25,902 bases of DNA from a virus (IMGVR_UViG_3300048631_000255:1-25902), one strand, 5' to 3'. Counted from the first letter of the stretch, positions 8,762 to 18,667 are shown. Made by a program: numbers and translations. Notes: generated from the sequence alone by a model not told the origin.

Positions 8762-10356
8762 TGCAAATAAAAGAATTCAGAGAACAGAATCCACAATATG
8801 AAGATATGTCTAATGCCGATCTAGGCTTTGGATTATGGAACAAACATTATAAAGACGATATGAATGCTTGGGAGTTTGCAGAAACTTTCGGTTTAAATGC
8901 TGATGATGTTGCATCAATGCGTCAACAAGGCTTAGGTCAAGGTCTTTCCGAAGTTGATATTGCAGGTGAGTTAGCTGAAACGGATGTAGATGTGGCGCAA
9001 CCTACTGCTGTTTTAAATTCACAGACTTTAGGTTTAGGCGATGTTGTTAGTGGTGCTATAATGGCTACACAACAAAAGCTTTCCGATCCAGATAAGGATT
9101 GGTCTGACTTATATTCTAAGAACAAGCAATACGCAAGGAGTCAATTAGAATCATACAGAGAACAATATCCGACTGACGCATTAAAGGCTGAGGTAATGGG
9201 TGCATTTGCTAGTCCAGCAGCAGCGATAAAGTTACCTGGCTTTTTAGGTTCATTACCAACGAGTATGCAAGCAATGATACGTGGCTTTACAGAAGGAACA
9301 ATCTATGGCGTAAACGAAGCACAAGATAACAAGATGGCAAGAGGTTTAGAAACAGGCGTGGTCTCAGCATTTATGACAGGTGGAATGGATAAGCTAATCC
9401 GAACACTTAAGCCTGCATCAAAAACAGTTAAGAGTTTAATGACTCTTAGAAAGAACCCAACTGTTGCAAATCTTAAATCAGCAAAAATAGCAGCTTACTC
9501 GGAAGTAGATAAGATGGGAGGTATCTTTGGAGTGAAGGACATTAAGTCTATTTGGAAAGCGGGTGATACTGCTGCTGCCAGTGGTCTCGCTTATAACCCT
9601 ACTATTGATAAGACAGTAAAAACGATTGAGAAAACATTTAGAAAATATGTAAATAAAAAGCAAGCATTTACTCTTTCCGAGTTAGACAATATAAGAAAAG
9701 ATCTGTTCCGGAGACAAAGTAATGCAAACGCAAACGAAAAGCTTATTATCGGTAAGATGATTGACCAACTCGACAATGTGATACATAGCAAGCCTATTGA
9801 AGGTGCAGCAATGAAGCTTGCTAGAAACTTGCATGGGAAATACATGAAGACCAAACAATTAGACGATGCTTTCAATGCAGCAAGACGTAGTGCGGATGCT
9901 ACAGGTTCAGGCGGTAATATATTTAATCTATATAAGCAATCTGTTAAAAACATTTTAAATAGTCCCAAAAAGATGAAATTCTTCGATGAGGTAGAAACAG
10001 CTGCAATGGAGGGTTTCTTAAAAGGACCTCCAACTGAGAAAATGATGCGCATCTTATCTAAGGCTTCTCCTACAGGTAACGGATTAATCTTTGTTTTGAC
10101 CGCAGGTGCGGCAACCCAGAATCCTGCAGCATTAGCTCTATCAGCAGCAGGTTATGCCGCAGATCGTAGTTTGAAAAAAGGCATACAGAAAAAAGCAGGA
10201 CAGCTCATCGACGACATTGGAACAGGATTTGCTAACACAGCACCGGCGGCGCCTCTACCAGGAATACCTACATTGATGTCCGTAACCGCAGGATCGCCTG
10301 CAGCTTTAAACAACCCGGCAGAGGGATTAATCGATACAATGCCTGCAACAGAATAA
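8761..10356 (+). CDS. Putative DNA ejection protein (membrane-interacting)
   Basis: TAATG overlap; N-terminal FREQNPQYEDMS..L; Ala/Gly-rich hydrophobic stretches and a basic helical central region. Confidence 0.65.
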   Translation: MQIKEFREQNPQYEDMSNADLGFGLWNKHYKDDMNAWEFAETFGLNADDVASMRQQGLGQGLSEVDIAGELAETDVDVAQPTAVLNSQTLGLGDVVSGAIMATQQKLSDPDKDWSDLYSKNKQYARSQLESYREQYPTDALKAEVMGAFASPAAAIKLPGFLGSLPTSMQAMIRGFTEGTIYGVNEAQDNKMARGLETGVVSAFMTGGMDKLIRTLKPASKTVKSLMTLRKNPTVANLKSAKIAAYSEVDKMGGIFGVKDIKSIWKAGDTAAASGLAYNPTIDKTVKTIEKTFRKYVNKKQAFTLSELDNIRKDLFRRQSNANANEKLIIGKMIDQLDNVIHSKPIEGAAMKLARNLHGKYMKTKQLDDAFNAARRSADATGSGGNIFNLYKQSVKNILNSPKKMKFFDEVETAAMEGFLKGPPTEKMMRILSKASPTGNGLIFVLTAGAATQNPAALALSAAGYAADRSLKKGIQKKAGQLIDDIGTGFANTAPAAPLPGIPTLMSVTAGSPAALNNPAEGLIDTMPATE

Positions 10357-10365
10357 GGAAACGAT

Positions 10366-12468
10366 ATGCCAGAAGAACTTAAACAAATGACAGAAGATGA
10401 TATACAAAGTATCGTAAGTGATGCTATAAAAGATGCTGTTGATTTCGTAGAAAGTGAAATTGCAGAGTCAAGGATCAAAGCTCAGCGTTATTTTGATGGG
10501 GAAGTAGATATTGGTGAGGAAAAAGGTAGATCTAAAATAGTATCTACAAAGGTTAGAGATACAGTAAGAGCAATTAAACCTAGTTTGATGCGTGTATTCC
10601 TATCCTCCGAAAATCCAGTCGAATATATCCCTGCTAATCAACAACAAGTAGAAATGGCAGATCAAGCTACTAAATTTGCTCATTACGCCTTCCAAAGAGA
10701 AAATGGCTATAAACTAATCAATGAAGCTATACATGATGCTTTAGTTAAAAAGACAGGCGTACTTAAAGCTTATTGGGAAGATACATCCGAATCAGAGATT
10801 TTTGATTACTCTCATTTGACAGAAGAAGAAATGACAGCCCTGGTAGGTGAGAAAGAGATTACCGTTGTTGAGCAAGAGGTTGAGATGCATCCTGTAACAA
10901 ACGAAACAGGAGAATCTGTAGATAAGCCTTATTATTCTTTGAAAGTAAGTAGGGTTCAAACTAGTGGCAAGTTATCCATTGAATCCGTACCTCCCGAAGA
11001 ATTCTTTGTCGATCGGAATGCAAAAACCATCGAAGATGCTTATATTGTAGTTCATCGTACAGAAATGAGAGTCTCAGATTTAGTTTCAATAGGATATGAT
11101 TTTGACCAAGTCTCAAAACTTTCAGGTTTAGCCTACGAAGATACATTTACTGATGCAGAGAAATACGAACGTTCAAATTACTCAGAAGATGCTAGTGAAG
11201 ATATAACTGATCCTTCTATGCGATTAGTTGCTATATCGGAAGCCTATATGAGAATCGACGTTTATGGTACAGGCGAGGCAGTTATGCATAAGATTGTATT
11301 AGGCGGAGCATCTTACGAATTATTAGATCATGAACCGTGGGGTGACGTTCCTTTTGCAGTATTTGAAATTGATCCTGAACCACATACTTTCTACGGACGT
11401 TCTATTGCAGATTTGATTATGAACGATCAAGATGCATCTACAGCAATGATAAGAGGCTTATTAGATAATATTGCATTAACTAATAATCCTGCAATTGACG
11501 TAGTTGAAGGACAAGCGAATATCGATGATGTATTAAATAATGAAATCGGTGCTATACGACGAATCAAGTCACCTGGTGCGATTACGGTTAATGCCGTACC
11601 ATTTATTGCAGGCCAAACTTTAGGCGCTGTTCAATATATGGATGAGCAAGTAGAGAATAAGACCGGTATCACTAGAGCTTCTATGGGATTAGATCCTGAT
11701 GCTTTACAGAATACAACAGCAACTGCAGCACAGATTACTGCTCAACGAGGATCAGGACAAATCGAGGTAATCGCTCGAAACCTTGCAGAAGGAGGCATGA
11801 AACGCTTATTTAAACTGATATTACATCTATTAGTAGAAAACTCTTGTGAAGAGATGATGATGCGTTTAAACGGACAATATGTTCCTATGGATCCTCGCAG
11901 ATGGAACGCAGATATGGATCTTACGGTTAATGTTGGTTTAGGCACTGGTCAGGAAGATCAAAAGCACATGGCTTTATCACAGGCCTTACAAATGCAAATG
12001 CAGATCTGGCAAAACTACGGTCCAACCAATGGCTTAGTAACGATGGTTGGGATTCGGAATACTTTAGGCGATATGCTAGGATTAGCAGGAGTACGCAATG
12101 TTGATAGATACTTTAGTCCTATGACACCAGAACAAGAACAACAACTAGTACAACAAGCACAACAAGCACAATCACAACAAACATCCCCAGAACAGGAATT
12201 AGCAAGAGCAACAGTCGAAGCAGAGACAATCCGAGCACAATCTAAAATGCAGACAGATAGCATGAAGATAAAAATTGATGCTCAAAAAGCTATTGCAACA
12301 GACGACAGAGAACGTGATAGAATGGATCAAGACCTACTTATTGAAGCAGCTAGGATATTGGGACAATGGGGACAAAAAATTGATGTTGAAGAAATTAAAA
12401 AGATGCAAGATAAGCCAAGATACGACCAAACTGAACCGACACAGGCGGTTACTACTGGTAGATATTAA
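10366..12468 (+). CDS. Portal protein
   Basis: 700 aa; RSKIVSTKVRDTV, DALVKKTG, VPPEEF, PEPHTFYGRS, TGITRASMG, VNVGLG, Q-rich C-terminal coiled coil (P22-like portal). Confidence 0.93.
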   Translation: MPEELKQMTEDDIQSIVSDAIKDAVDFVESEIAESRIKAQRYFDGEVDIGEEKGRSKIVSTKVRDTVRAIKPSLMRVFLSSENPVEYIPANQQQVEMADQATKFAHYAFQRENGYKLINEAIHDALVKKTGVLKAYWEDTSESEIFDYSHLTEEEMTALVGEKEITVVEQEVEMHPVTNETGESVDKPYYSLKVSRVQTSGKLSIESVPPEEFFVDRNAKTIEDAYIVVHRTEMRVSDLVSIGYDFDQVSKLSGLAYEDTFTDAEKYERSNYSEDASEDITDPSMRLVAISEAYMRIDVYGTGEAVMHKIVLGGASYELLDHEPWGDVPFAVFEIDPEPHTFYGRSIADLIMNDQDASTAMIRGLLDNIALTNNPAIDVVEGQANIDDVLNNEIGAIRRIKSPGAITVNAVPFIAGQTLGAVQYMDEQVENKTGITRASMGLDPDALQNTTATAAQITAQRGSGQIEVIARNLAEGGMKRLFKLILHLLVENSCEEMMMRLNGQYVPMDPRRWNADMDLTVNVGLGTGQEDQKHMALSQALQMQMQIWQNYGPTNGLVTMVGIRNTLGDMLGLAGVRNVDRYFSPMTPEQEQQLVQQAQQAQSQQTSPEQELARATVEAETIRAQSKMQTDSMKIKIDAQKAIATDDRERDRMDQDLLIEAARILGQWGQKIDVEEIKKMQDKPRYDQTEPTQAVTTGRY

Positions 12469-12692
12469 TGGCTAGTGCAGCTAATATAAAGAGATTGATG
12501 AACGATGAAACATTTAAAGATGTTATATCTGAAGTCATAGAACGACAAGCGAATGTGTTTTTGACTCCAGATTCTTCGACGGAAGAAAGAGACGATGCAC
12601 ATGATATTGTTCGTGCAATAGGGAAGATTAGTGATTACATGGATTCCGTTCTGGATGATGAGGTAATTAAGAATCGTCGAAATAATAAATAG
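12468..12692 (+). CDS. Small hypothetical protein between portal and scaffold
   Basis: TAATG overlap; 74 aa, helical; position conserved in this phage type. Confidence 0.7.
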   Translation: MASAANIKRLMNDETFKDVISEVIERQANVFLTPDSSTEERDDAHDIVRAIGKISDYMDSVLDDEVIKNRRNNK

Positions 12693-12704
12693 GAGAACAG
12701 CACC

Positions 12705-13715
12705 GTGGCAACGACTGAAACCAAGAGCATCACAATAGATGATGCAGTAGAGAGCTTATTAGCTCCAGTGGAAACTGAAGAAGAGATTGTAGAGGAAGAA
12801 GCTCAGACAACAGAAGAAATTACCGATGAGGTAGAAGAATCTGCTGAGACCGAAGCAAGCGAAACGGAAGTTTCTGAAGAAGACGAAGATCCAGATATCG
12901 AAGGATCTTCTGACGTTACAGAAGAGGACGACGACGAAGCAATAGAAGACGCCGGTCAGGAAGAGCTTGAAGGCTATTCTGTCAAGATTGATGGACAGGA
13001 AGTACAAGTAACCTTAGATGACCTAAAGCAAGGCTATAGCGGACAACAATATGTCCAAAAAGGAATGCAAGAAGCAGCACATCAGCGTAAAGAAGCTGAG
13101 TCAGTCTACGAAGCATTACTTAATGAACGCCAGCAGGTACAACAACTGTATCAGCAATTACAATCAGGCGAATTGGGTTCACCTCCCGTATCACCATCTA
13201 GAGAAATGTTTGAAAATGATCCTTTGGGTTATATGGACGACAAGATGAAATACGACGAGGCAAAAGAATCTTACGATAAACAGATAGCAGGCTATCAGCA
13301 AGTTGTTCAGCAAAATGCAAAAGCTGAACAATTGGCAAAGCAAGCTTATATGAAACGTGAGATGGAGCAACTTCAAATCGCTATCCCTGAATTCTCTGAC
13401 TCGTCTAAAGCGAAAGAGATCAAGAGTAAACTGGTTAATATTGGTGGTAAGCATTATGGTTATACAGCCGAAGAAATTGGGCAAGTTATGGATCATAGAG
13501 CACTTAAGGTTTTAAACGATGCTATGAAATATCAAGAGATCATCGCTGGAAAATCTAAAGCAGTTAAAAAGACTAGAAAAGCTAAACCCGTCTTAAAGGC
13601 AGGTGCTAAAAGGTCGAACAAAGTACAACCTGGCAAAGTTCGTGACCGCCAACAGGCGAAACTTAGAAATTCTGGAAGTATCGAAGATGCTCTAGGATTA
13701 ATTTTAAATGCTTAA
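12705..13715 (+). CDS. Capsid scaffolding protein
   Basis: GTG start with SD AGGAGA; very acidic N-terminus, VKIDGQE..VTLDDLKQGY, coiled coil, basic C-terminus ending GSIEDA. Confidence 0.88.
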   Translation: MATTETKSITIDDAVESLLAPVETEEEIVEEEAQTTEEITDEVEESAETEASETEVSEEDEDPDIEGSSDVTEEDDDEAIEDAGQEELEGYSVKIDGQEVQVTLDDLKQGYSGQQYVQKGMQEAAHQRKEAESVYEALLNERQQVQQLYQQLQSGELGSPPVSPSREMFENDPLGYMDDKMKYDEAKESYDKQIAGYQQVVQQNAKAEQLAKQAYMKREMEQLQIAIPEFSDSSKAKEIKSKLVNIGGKHYGYTAEEIGQVMDHRALKVLNDAMKYQEIIAGKSKAVKKTRKAKPVLKAGAKRSNKVQPGKVRDRQQAKLRNSGSIEDALGLILNA

Positions 13716-13730
13716 CATAGGAGAACTATA

Positions 13731-14687
13731 ATGGCACAACCATCAAATACATTTGATAGCTATGATATAAATGGTATTCGTGAGGACTTGGAAAACGTAA
13801 TCTACGACATTTCCCCTGAGGAAACACCGTTCTATTCATCATTAAAGAAAGTAAGCGCATCTAACACTTATCATGAGTGGCAAACCGATGCATTACGTTC
13901 ATCAACAACAAACGCTCACATTGAAGGTGACGAGACCGCAGGCGAAGCACGTACAGCAACAGCTCGCTTAGGTAACTACACTCAAATCTTTAAGAATGCG
14001 GTAATCATTCCTGACACGGATCAAGGCATAGATAAAGCCGGTCGTTCTGCGGAAATGGCATACCAAACGCTTAAGATTGCTAAAGAGCAAAAGTTAGACA
14101 TCGAGAAAGCTTTGTTTGACAATAACGCTCGTGTGGCAGGTTCAGCTACTGCAGCTCGTGAATTAGCAGGTGTACCAGCGTACATGACTACTAACATCAC
14201 TAACACAGGTAGTGGCGGTGCAGATCCTACAGGTTCAGTTCCCGGTGCTACAGCTCGTACCGACGGTACTGCAACTGTGTTTTCACAAGCAGACTTTGAC
14301 TCAGCAATGCAAGCATGTTGGGAAGCAGGTGGTCGTCCAGACACTGTTTACCTATCTGCATTCCAGATGAACAAAGCGTTAGGCTTCACTGGTAACAATA
14401 ACCAACGATCTACTGTTAAAGCAGAAAGTGAAAAGGTTATTAAGCACCTAGACGTTTACGTTACTCCATGGGGAACGGTAGAATTTACTCCTACTCGTGA
14501 AAACCGTGGTCGTGACGTATTTCTTATGCAATCTGATATGTGGGCCGCAGCAGTTCTACGTCCTACTAAGAACTCAGAGTTAGCTAAGACTGGTGATTCA
14601 ACGAAACGTCAAGTTGTTACTGAGCTTACGCTTGTTTCTAAAAATGAAGCAGCATCAGGCGCAGTTGTTGACTGTACTACTTCTTAA
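13731..14687 (+). CDS. Major capsid protein (SU10/DUF5309-like)
   Basis: REDL..IYDISPEETPF, HEWQTD.L, NYTQIF, ELAKTGDS; follows the scaffold and is followed by a terminator. Confidence 0.92.
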   Translation: MAQPSNTFDSYDINGIREDLENVIYDISPEETPFYSSLKKVSASNTYHEWQTDALRSSTTNAHIEGDETAGEARTATARLGNYTQIFKNAVIIPDTDQGIDKAGRSAEMAYQTLKIAKEQKLDIEKALFDNNARVAGSATAARELAGVPAYMTTNITNTGSGGADPTGSVPGATARTDGTATVFSQADFDSAMQACWEAGGRPDTVYLSAFQMNKALGFTGNNNQRSTVKAESEKVIKHLDVYVTPWGTVEFTPTRENRGRDVFLMQSDMWAAAVLRPTKNSELAKTGDSTKRQVVTELTLVSKNEAASGAVVDCTTS

Positions 14688-14700
14688 TAGAAGTTGATTT

Positions 14701-14735
14701 AAACCCCCATTTTTTGTGAACACGTGGGGGTTTTT
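14701..14735 (+). terminator. Rho-independent terminator after the capsid gene
   Basis: AAACCCCCAT (14701-14710) pairs with GTGGGGGTTT (14724-14733); T-run 14731-14735. Confidence 0.8.
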
Positions 14736-14762
14736 ATTATTCTCAGCAATGATTTTTTATAG

Positions 14763-14771
14763 TGATATAAT
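14763..14771 (+). promoter_or_regulatory. Extended -10 promoter TGnTATAAT
   Basis: TGATATAAT just after the terminator, 29 nt before ATG 14801. Confidence 0.65.
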
Positions 14772-14800
14772 AGAAGAAAAGTTTTAAAAAAGGTATACAG

Positions 14801-15091
14801 ATGAAAACGGGCGAAAAAGTCACTTTTGATGCAACCAAACAAGAAATCATTGTTGAGAATACTTACGATAACCAATACTATCTCGATCGAGTGGAAAAGA
14901 TTCGGAGAGAAGGTTTAGGTGTTCATGGCGAGAATAAACTCGTTGGGAGTCTTCCTATACACCTGATAAAGGAAGTTTGTAATAAACTAGGTGTTAAATG
15001 GGGTGACGTTGAAGCACGCAAAGATGTTGTTAAAAGAATGATATTAAGCGGCGATTTTGATAAACTACGAGTGTGGAAAGGCACTTTTTAA
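14801..15091 (+). CDS. Conserved hypothetical protein after capsid
   Basis: 96 aa; VGSLP..L and C-terminal DFDKLRVWKG. Confidence 0.7.
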   Translation: MKTGEKVTFDATKQEIIVENTYDNQYYLDRVEKIRREGLGVHGENKLVGSLPIHLIKEVCNKLGVKWGDVEARKDVVKRMILSGDFDKLRVWKGTF

Positions 15092-15106
15092 TATAGGATA
15101 TAAACT

Positions 15107-15625
15107 ATGGCAGATACAACTACAACAACGTATAGTCTGACTAAACCTGAAGTAGGTGCGTCAGCAGATACATGGGGTACTAAGATAAACACTAACTTAG
15201 ATACTCTTGATAATTTATTAGACGGTGGAGTACAAATATCACCTGACTTAACAGACTTAGAGATTGACGGTGTTATCGTAACAGCAACACCTGCTGAATT
15301 AAACATCTTAGATGGTGTTACAGCTTCTACCACTGAGTTAAATTATACAGATGGCGTTACATCTAATATTCAAACACAATTTAATGCTCAGTCCGATACT
15401 ACTTACTCAGCAGGTACAGGTCTTGATATATCGGGCACTACATTCTCAATCGAGCCTGATTTAAGAGATGGTATTACCCATGTTGGTAGAGACGCTAATG
15501 ATTACATTGAGATAGCAGCAGATAAGATTAGATTCTACCTAAACGGTGTTAATGTAATGAGTTGCGATACTTCAGGGAATATCATTGCTAAAGGCAATGT
15601 TACAGCTTACGGAACACCTACATAA
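15107..15625 (+). CDS. Short tail fibre protein
   Basis: N-terminal anchor [27 protein letters not shown]; tandem ELN[IY]xDGVT repeats; ends [16 protein letters not shown]. Confidence 0.8.
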   Translation: MADTTTTTYSLTKPEVGASADTWGTKINTNLDTLDNLLDGGVQISPDLTDLEIDGVIVTATPAELNILDGVTASTTELNYTDGVTSNIQTQFNAQSDTTYSAGTGLDISGTTFSIEPDLRDGITHVGRDANDYIEIAADKIRFYLNGVNVMSCDTSGNIIAKGNVTAYGTPT

Positions 15626-15638
15626 TAAGGAGTAAATT

Positions 15639-16619
15639 ATGGCAATAACAGGCTCAGGAGTAATAAGCATACAAAGTATTGTTGATGAATTTGGCGGTAC
15701 AGCACCCCACGGCTTAAGTGAATACTATAGCGCTGCAGCAGGTATTCCTGCCTCAGGAGTAATTACAGTATCTGATTTTTATGGCGCATCAGCCGCTCTT
15801 AGTTTGACTGTTACAAGTAGTCAACTTAACTTTGATCTATATGATGCTTTAGTTGCAGCAGGGCATAGTTCGAGTGCTATAGCAGGTGTTGCCATTTTTA
15901 ATCTAACTATCAACGGTGGTGTCACTATGAAAGGCTCTAATACTCAAGGTAGTAATACTAGATTAGGAGATTACTCTTACAATACAAGTTATACTACGTC
16001 AGACCACGGTGATACTGCTGCAGGTGCATTTGGAAACCCAAAAGTACCAATGGGTTCGAGTAGTTCACAAAGAGCAGGAACGTCTGTTGGTGGTGTTGTG
16101 ATAGAAGGATTACCTAATGGTTGTACAATTAATATTACAAATGCAGGAACGATTGAGCCAGGCGCAGGTGGTGGCGGTCACGGACCATGGAATAATCATG
16201 GGCCTTGGCATGGACATTATCAGCATTGCGGTGGCGGAACAGGTGGTGCAGGAATAACAATTATTGATGTTGATAGTGCAACTGTCAATCTAACCAACTC
16301 AGGCACGGTACGAAGTGGCGGTGGCGGTGGTGGCGGTGGCGGCTGGGGCGCAGGTCATAGTAGTTGTTGTCCAAAATGGGGCGGTGATGGTCAAGGTCAT
16401 AACCGCTCGAACCAAGGTGGTGAAGGCGCGTCACATGGTGGAAACTCAGGCGGCTCGGGTGGATCTTGGGGAAATAGTGGATCAACCGTTACATCTCAAG
16501 GCGGCTTAGGTGGAACAATATTTGAATTAAGGTCTTGCTCTAGTACTTCTGTGAACCTTACAAATACAGGAACAACCACAGGCACTACCTCTAGAACCAC
16601 AAGCAGTTGGAGAGCTTAG
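15639..16619 (+). CDS. Glycine-rich adhesin / fibre tip (T-even gp38-like polyglycine architecture)
   Basis: N-terminal SG.IS..I..EFGG..P..LSEYY module; repeated xTNxGT followed by Gly runs (ITNAGTIEPGAGGGG, LTNSGTVRSGGGGGGGGG) separated by H/W/C-rich loops. Confidence 0.7.
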   Translation: MAITGSGVISIQSIVDEFGGTAPHGLSEYYSAAAGIPASGVITVSDFYGASAALSLTVTSSQLNFDLYDALVAAGHSSSAIAGVAIFNLTINGGVTMKGSNTQGSNTRLGDYSYNTSYTTSDHGDTAAGAFGNPKVPMGSSSSQRAGTSVGGVVIEGLPNGCTINITNAGTIEPGAGGGGHGPWNNHGPWHGHYQHCGGGTGGAGITIIDVDSATVNLTNSGTVRSGGGGGGGGGWGAGHSSCCPKWGGDGQGHNRSNQGGEGASHGGNSGGSGGSWGNSGSTVTSQGGLGGTIFELRSCSSTSVNLTNTGTTTGTTSRTTSSWRA

Positions 16620-18097
16620 AGGTAAAATCTATTGTAATAGTTGGGGGCGGTAGTTCAGGATGGATGTCCGCTGCTCATTTAATAAATGAGTTTCCCGATA
16701 AAAAGATTACCGTAATTGAGTCTCCTAATTTCCCCACCATAGGCGTTGGAGAAAGCACTATCCAATACATCCGACCGTGGATGTACAATCTAGGTATTAA
16801 AGATGAAGATTGGATGGACGCTTGTAATGCAACATATAAAGTATCTATCAGGTTTGAAAATTGGGATGGAAAGGATGGTCATTTCCATTATCCATTTGGT
16901 CAACCTATCTATAATAATGATATAGACTTCGATTATTATAATTTTGCTCGATTAAAAGACGATATTCCTAGCAGTGAGTGGGCAGAAATATTTTTCCCTG
17001 CGGCTCTTATGGCAGAAAACGATTGCTTAGTTGATAAAATGGAAGGTTGGGATTTAAGTAAAAATTCAGCGTACCATTTTGATGCTATAAAGTTTGCTCA
17101 ATGGTTAAAAAATGAATATTGCATACCTAGAGGTGTTGAATTAATTGCTGACACAGTAAGTAGCATAGATGTGGAAGGTGAAGGAATAATTAAAATTCAT
17201 TGCGAAGAGCCTGAACATAGAAATGAAAACGCTATTGTTGGTGATTTATACATAGATTGCACAGGTTTTAAAGGAATGTTAATAGATGCTGTTGGCTGTA
17301 AGTTTAGAGATTATGGTTATGGACTTATTAATGATAGTGCCTGGGCAACACAACTACCAAAGACACAACCTAATAGGTTTTATACAAATTGTACTACTCT
17401 CAAAAATGGGTGGGTATGGAACACCCCTACTAAGGAACGCACAGGAACGGGATATGTTTTTTCTAGCAAATATACAAGTGCAGAAGAAGCTCGAAAGGAG
17501 TTTGAGAAACACCTAGGAGTCGATGAGAACGAATTAACTATGAGACTATTAACTTGGAAACATGGTCGTAGAGAGAAATTTTCATACAAAAATGTAGTTG
17601 CTATAGGTCTATCTGCAGGGTTTATCGAGCCATTGGAGTCTGGTGGATTATTTACTACACATGAGACACTGAAGGAGTTATCCAAATCTTTACAAAGAGG
17701 CGTATTTGGTGGTGCAGAAAAAGAGGGTTTTAATTTTGCAATGACCAATAGGTTTGATGACTTTGCAGATTTTGTAGTAATGCACTATCAGTTTGCAACG
17801 AGGTGCGATACTAAATATTGGATGGACGCTTCAAAAAGAAAACTAAATAATAACAATGCCTTAAATGAGTTCTATACCTCATCATACAAAGACTCAAGGA
17901 CTATACCTAGTAATGCACATTATAATTCAATAGCATTCGGTTTAGGGTTTAACCCTGTGTCTCAATATGATGTAAGCTATGAAAAACTCTTTGCAAACGT
18001 AGACATGGTTGCAGATGGTGTGAAGTTTAGAAAATGGTTAAAAAATCGTCAAAGTAAGTGGTTAGATTATATTAAAGAAAATGCTATTAATAGATGA
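16607..18097 (+). CDS. Flavin-dependent halogenase, tryptophan halogenase (PrnA-like) family
   Basis: IVGGGSSGW FAD motif, IGVGEST, ATYK (catalytic Lys position), AYHFDA, IDCTGF, GWVWNTP (WxWxIP variant), FIEPLES. TTG start overlaps the adhesin stop. Confidence 0.92.
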   Translation: MESLEVKSIVIVGGGSSGWMSAAHLINEFPDKKITVIESPNFPTIGVGESTIQYIRPWMYNLGIKDEDWMDACNATYKVSIRFENWDGKDGHFHYPFGQPIYNNDIDFDYYNFARLKDDIPSSEWAEIFFPAALMAENDCLVDKMEGWDLSKNSAYHFDAIKFAQWLKNEYCIPRGVELIADTVSSIDVEGEGIIKIHCEEPEHRNENAIVGDLYIDCTGFKGMLIDAVGCKFRDYGYGLINDSAWATQLPKTQPNRFYTNCTTLKNGWVWNTPTKERTGTGYVFSSKYTSAEEARKEFEKHLGVDENELTMRLLTWKHGRREKFSYKNVVAIGLSAGFIEPLESGGLFTTHETLKELSKSLQRGVFGGAEKEGFNFAMTNRFDDFADFVVMHYQFATRCDTKYWMDASKRKLNNNNALNEFYTSSYKDSRTIPSNAHYNSIAFGLGFNPVSQYDVSYEKLFANVDMVADGVKFRKWLKNRQSKWLDYIKENAINR

Positions 18098-18665
18098 CAA
18101 TATTTTAACTAAAGAGGAAGTCAAGATCGTTGATGACGCGATTATCAATAATGATTTTTTCCCGTGGCACTATATGCCTTATTCTAGTTCGGCAAGTTAC
18201 CCCTTCTATGGGCATATCCTAGTAACCCGACACAGTGAGGAAGAACCTCCTGTCGCTAGTTCGGACTGGTTCTTCTTTTTTAAAAAGATCATGAATAGGT
18301 TTATGATTAGGAATGATTTACTTATGGATGGGTACAGTGTTTTAAGGGCTTGTCTAAATGATTCCTTATCTTTCAAGGAAAAAAGTTGTGATATACATGT
18401 TGATTATCCGGAAAAACACATAGTTTTTATATTATACTTAACAGAAAGCACGGGCAATACGAATATCTATGCTGAAAAATGGGAAGAATCTAAGCCTACA
18501 ACTTACTTGAATAAAGACGGGAGTAAAGATTTAAAATTACTAAAAAGTGTAAAGCCAAAGAAGGGTAGGTTATTATGTGTGGATGGTTTACATTATCATA
18601 GTATAGATTTTAAAAAAGAACTTGATAGAAGAATAATTTGCATTTTTGCTTTAAAGGAGAAATAG
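18081..18665 (+). CDS. 2OG-Fe(II) oxygenase
   Basis: HVD (HxD), ILYL..STGNT, PKKGR..DG..YHS, RRII. Confidence 0.85.
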   Translation: MLLIDDNILTKEEVKIVDDAIINNDFFPWHYMPYSSSASYPFYGHILVTRHSEEEPPVASSDWFFFFKKIMNRFMIRNDLLMDGYSVLRACLNDSLSFKEKSCDIHVDYPEKHIVFILYLTESTGNTNIYAEKWEESKPTTYLNKDGSKDLKLLKSVKPKKGRLLCVDGLHYHSIDFKKELDRRIICIFALKEK

Positions 18666-18667
18666 AT

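Noticed and set aside
14670-14700. Capsid C-terminal extension by read-through or frameshift
   Set aside because: Tandem TAA TAG stops, an immediate terminator and no slippery site
16315-16345. GGY trinucleotide run as a tandem repeat or contingency locus
   Set aside because: Encodes polyglycine with mixed codons; explained by the protein
15107-16619. Diversity-generating retroelement or invertible tail-fibre cassette
   Set aside because: No reverse transcriptase, invertase or template/variable repeat pair seen in the window
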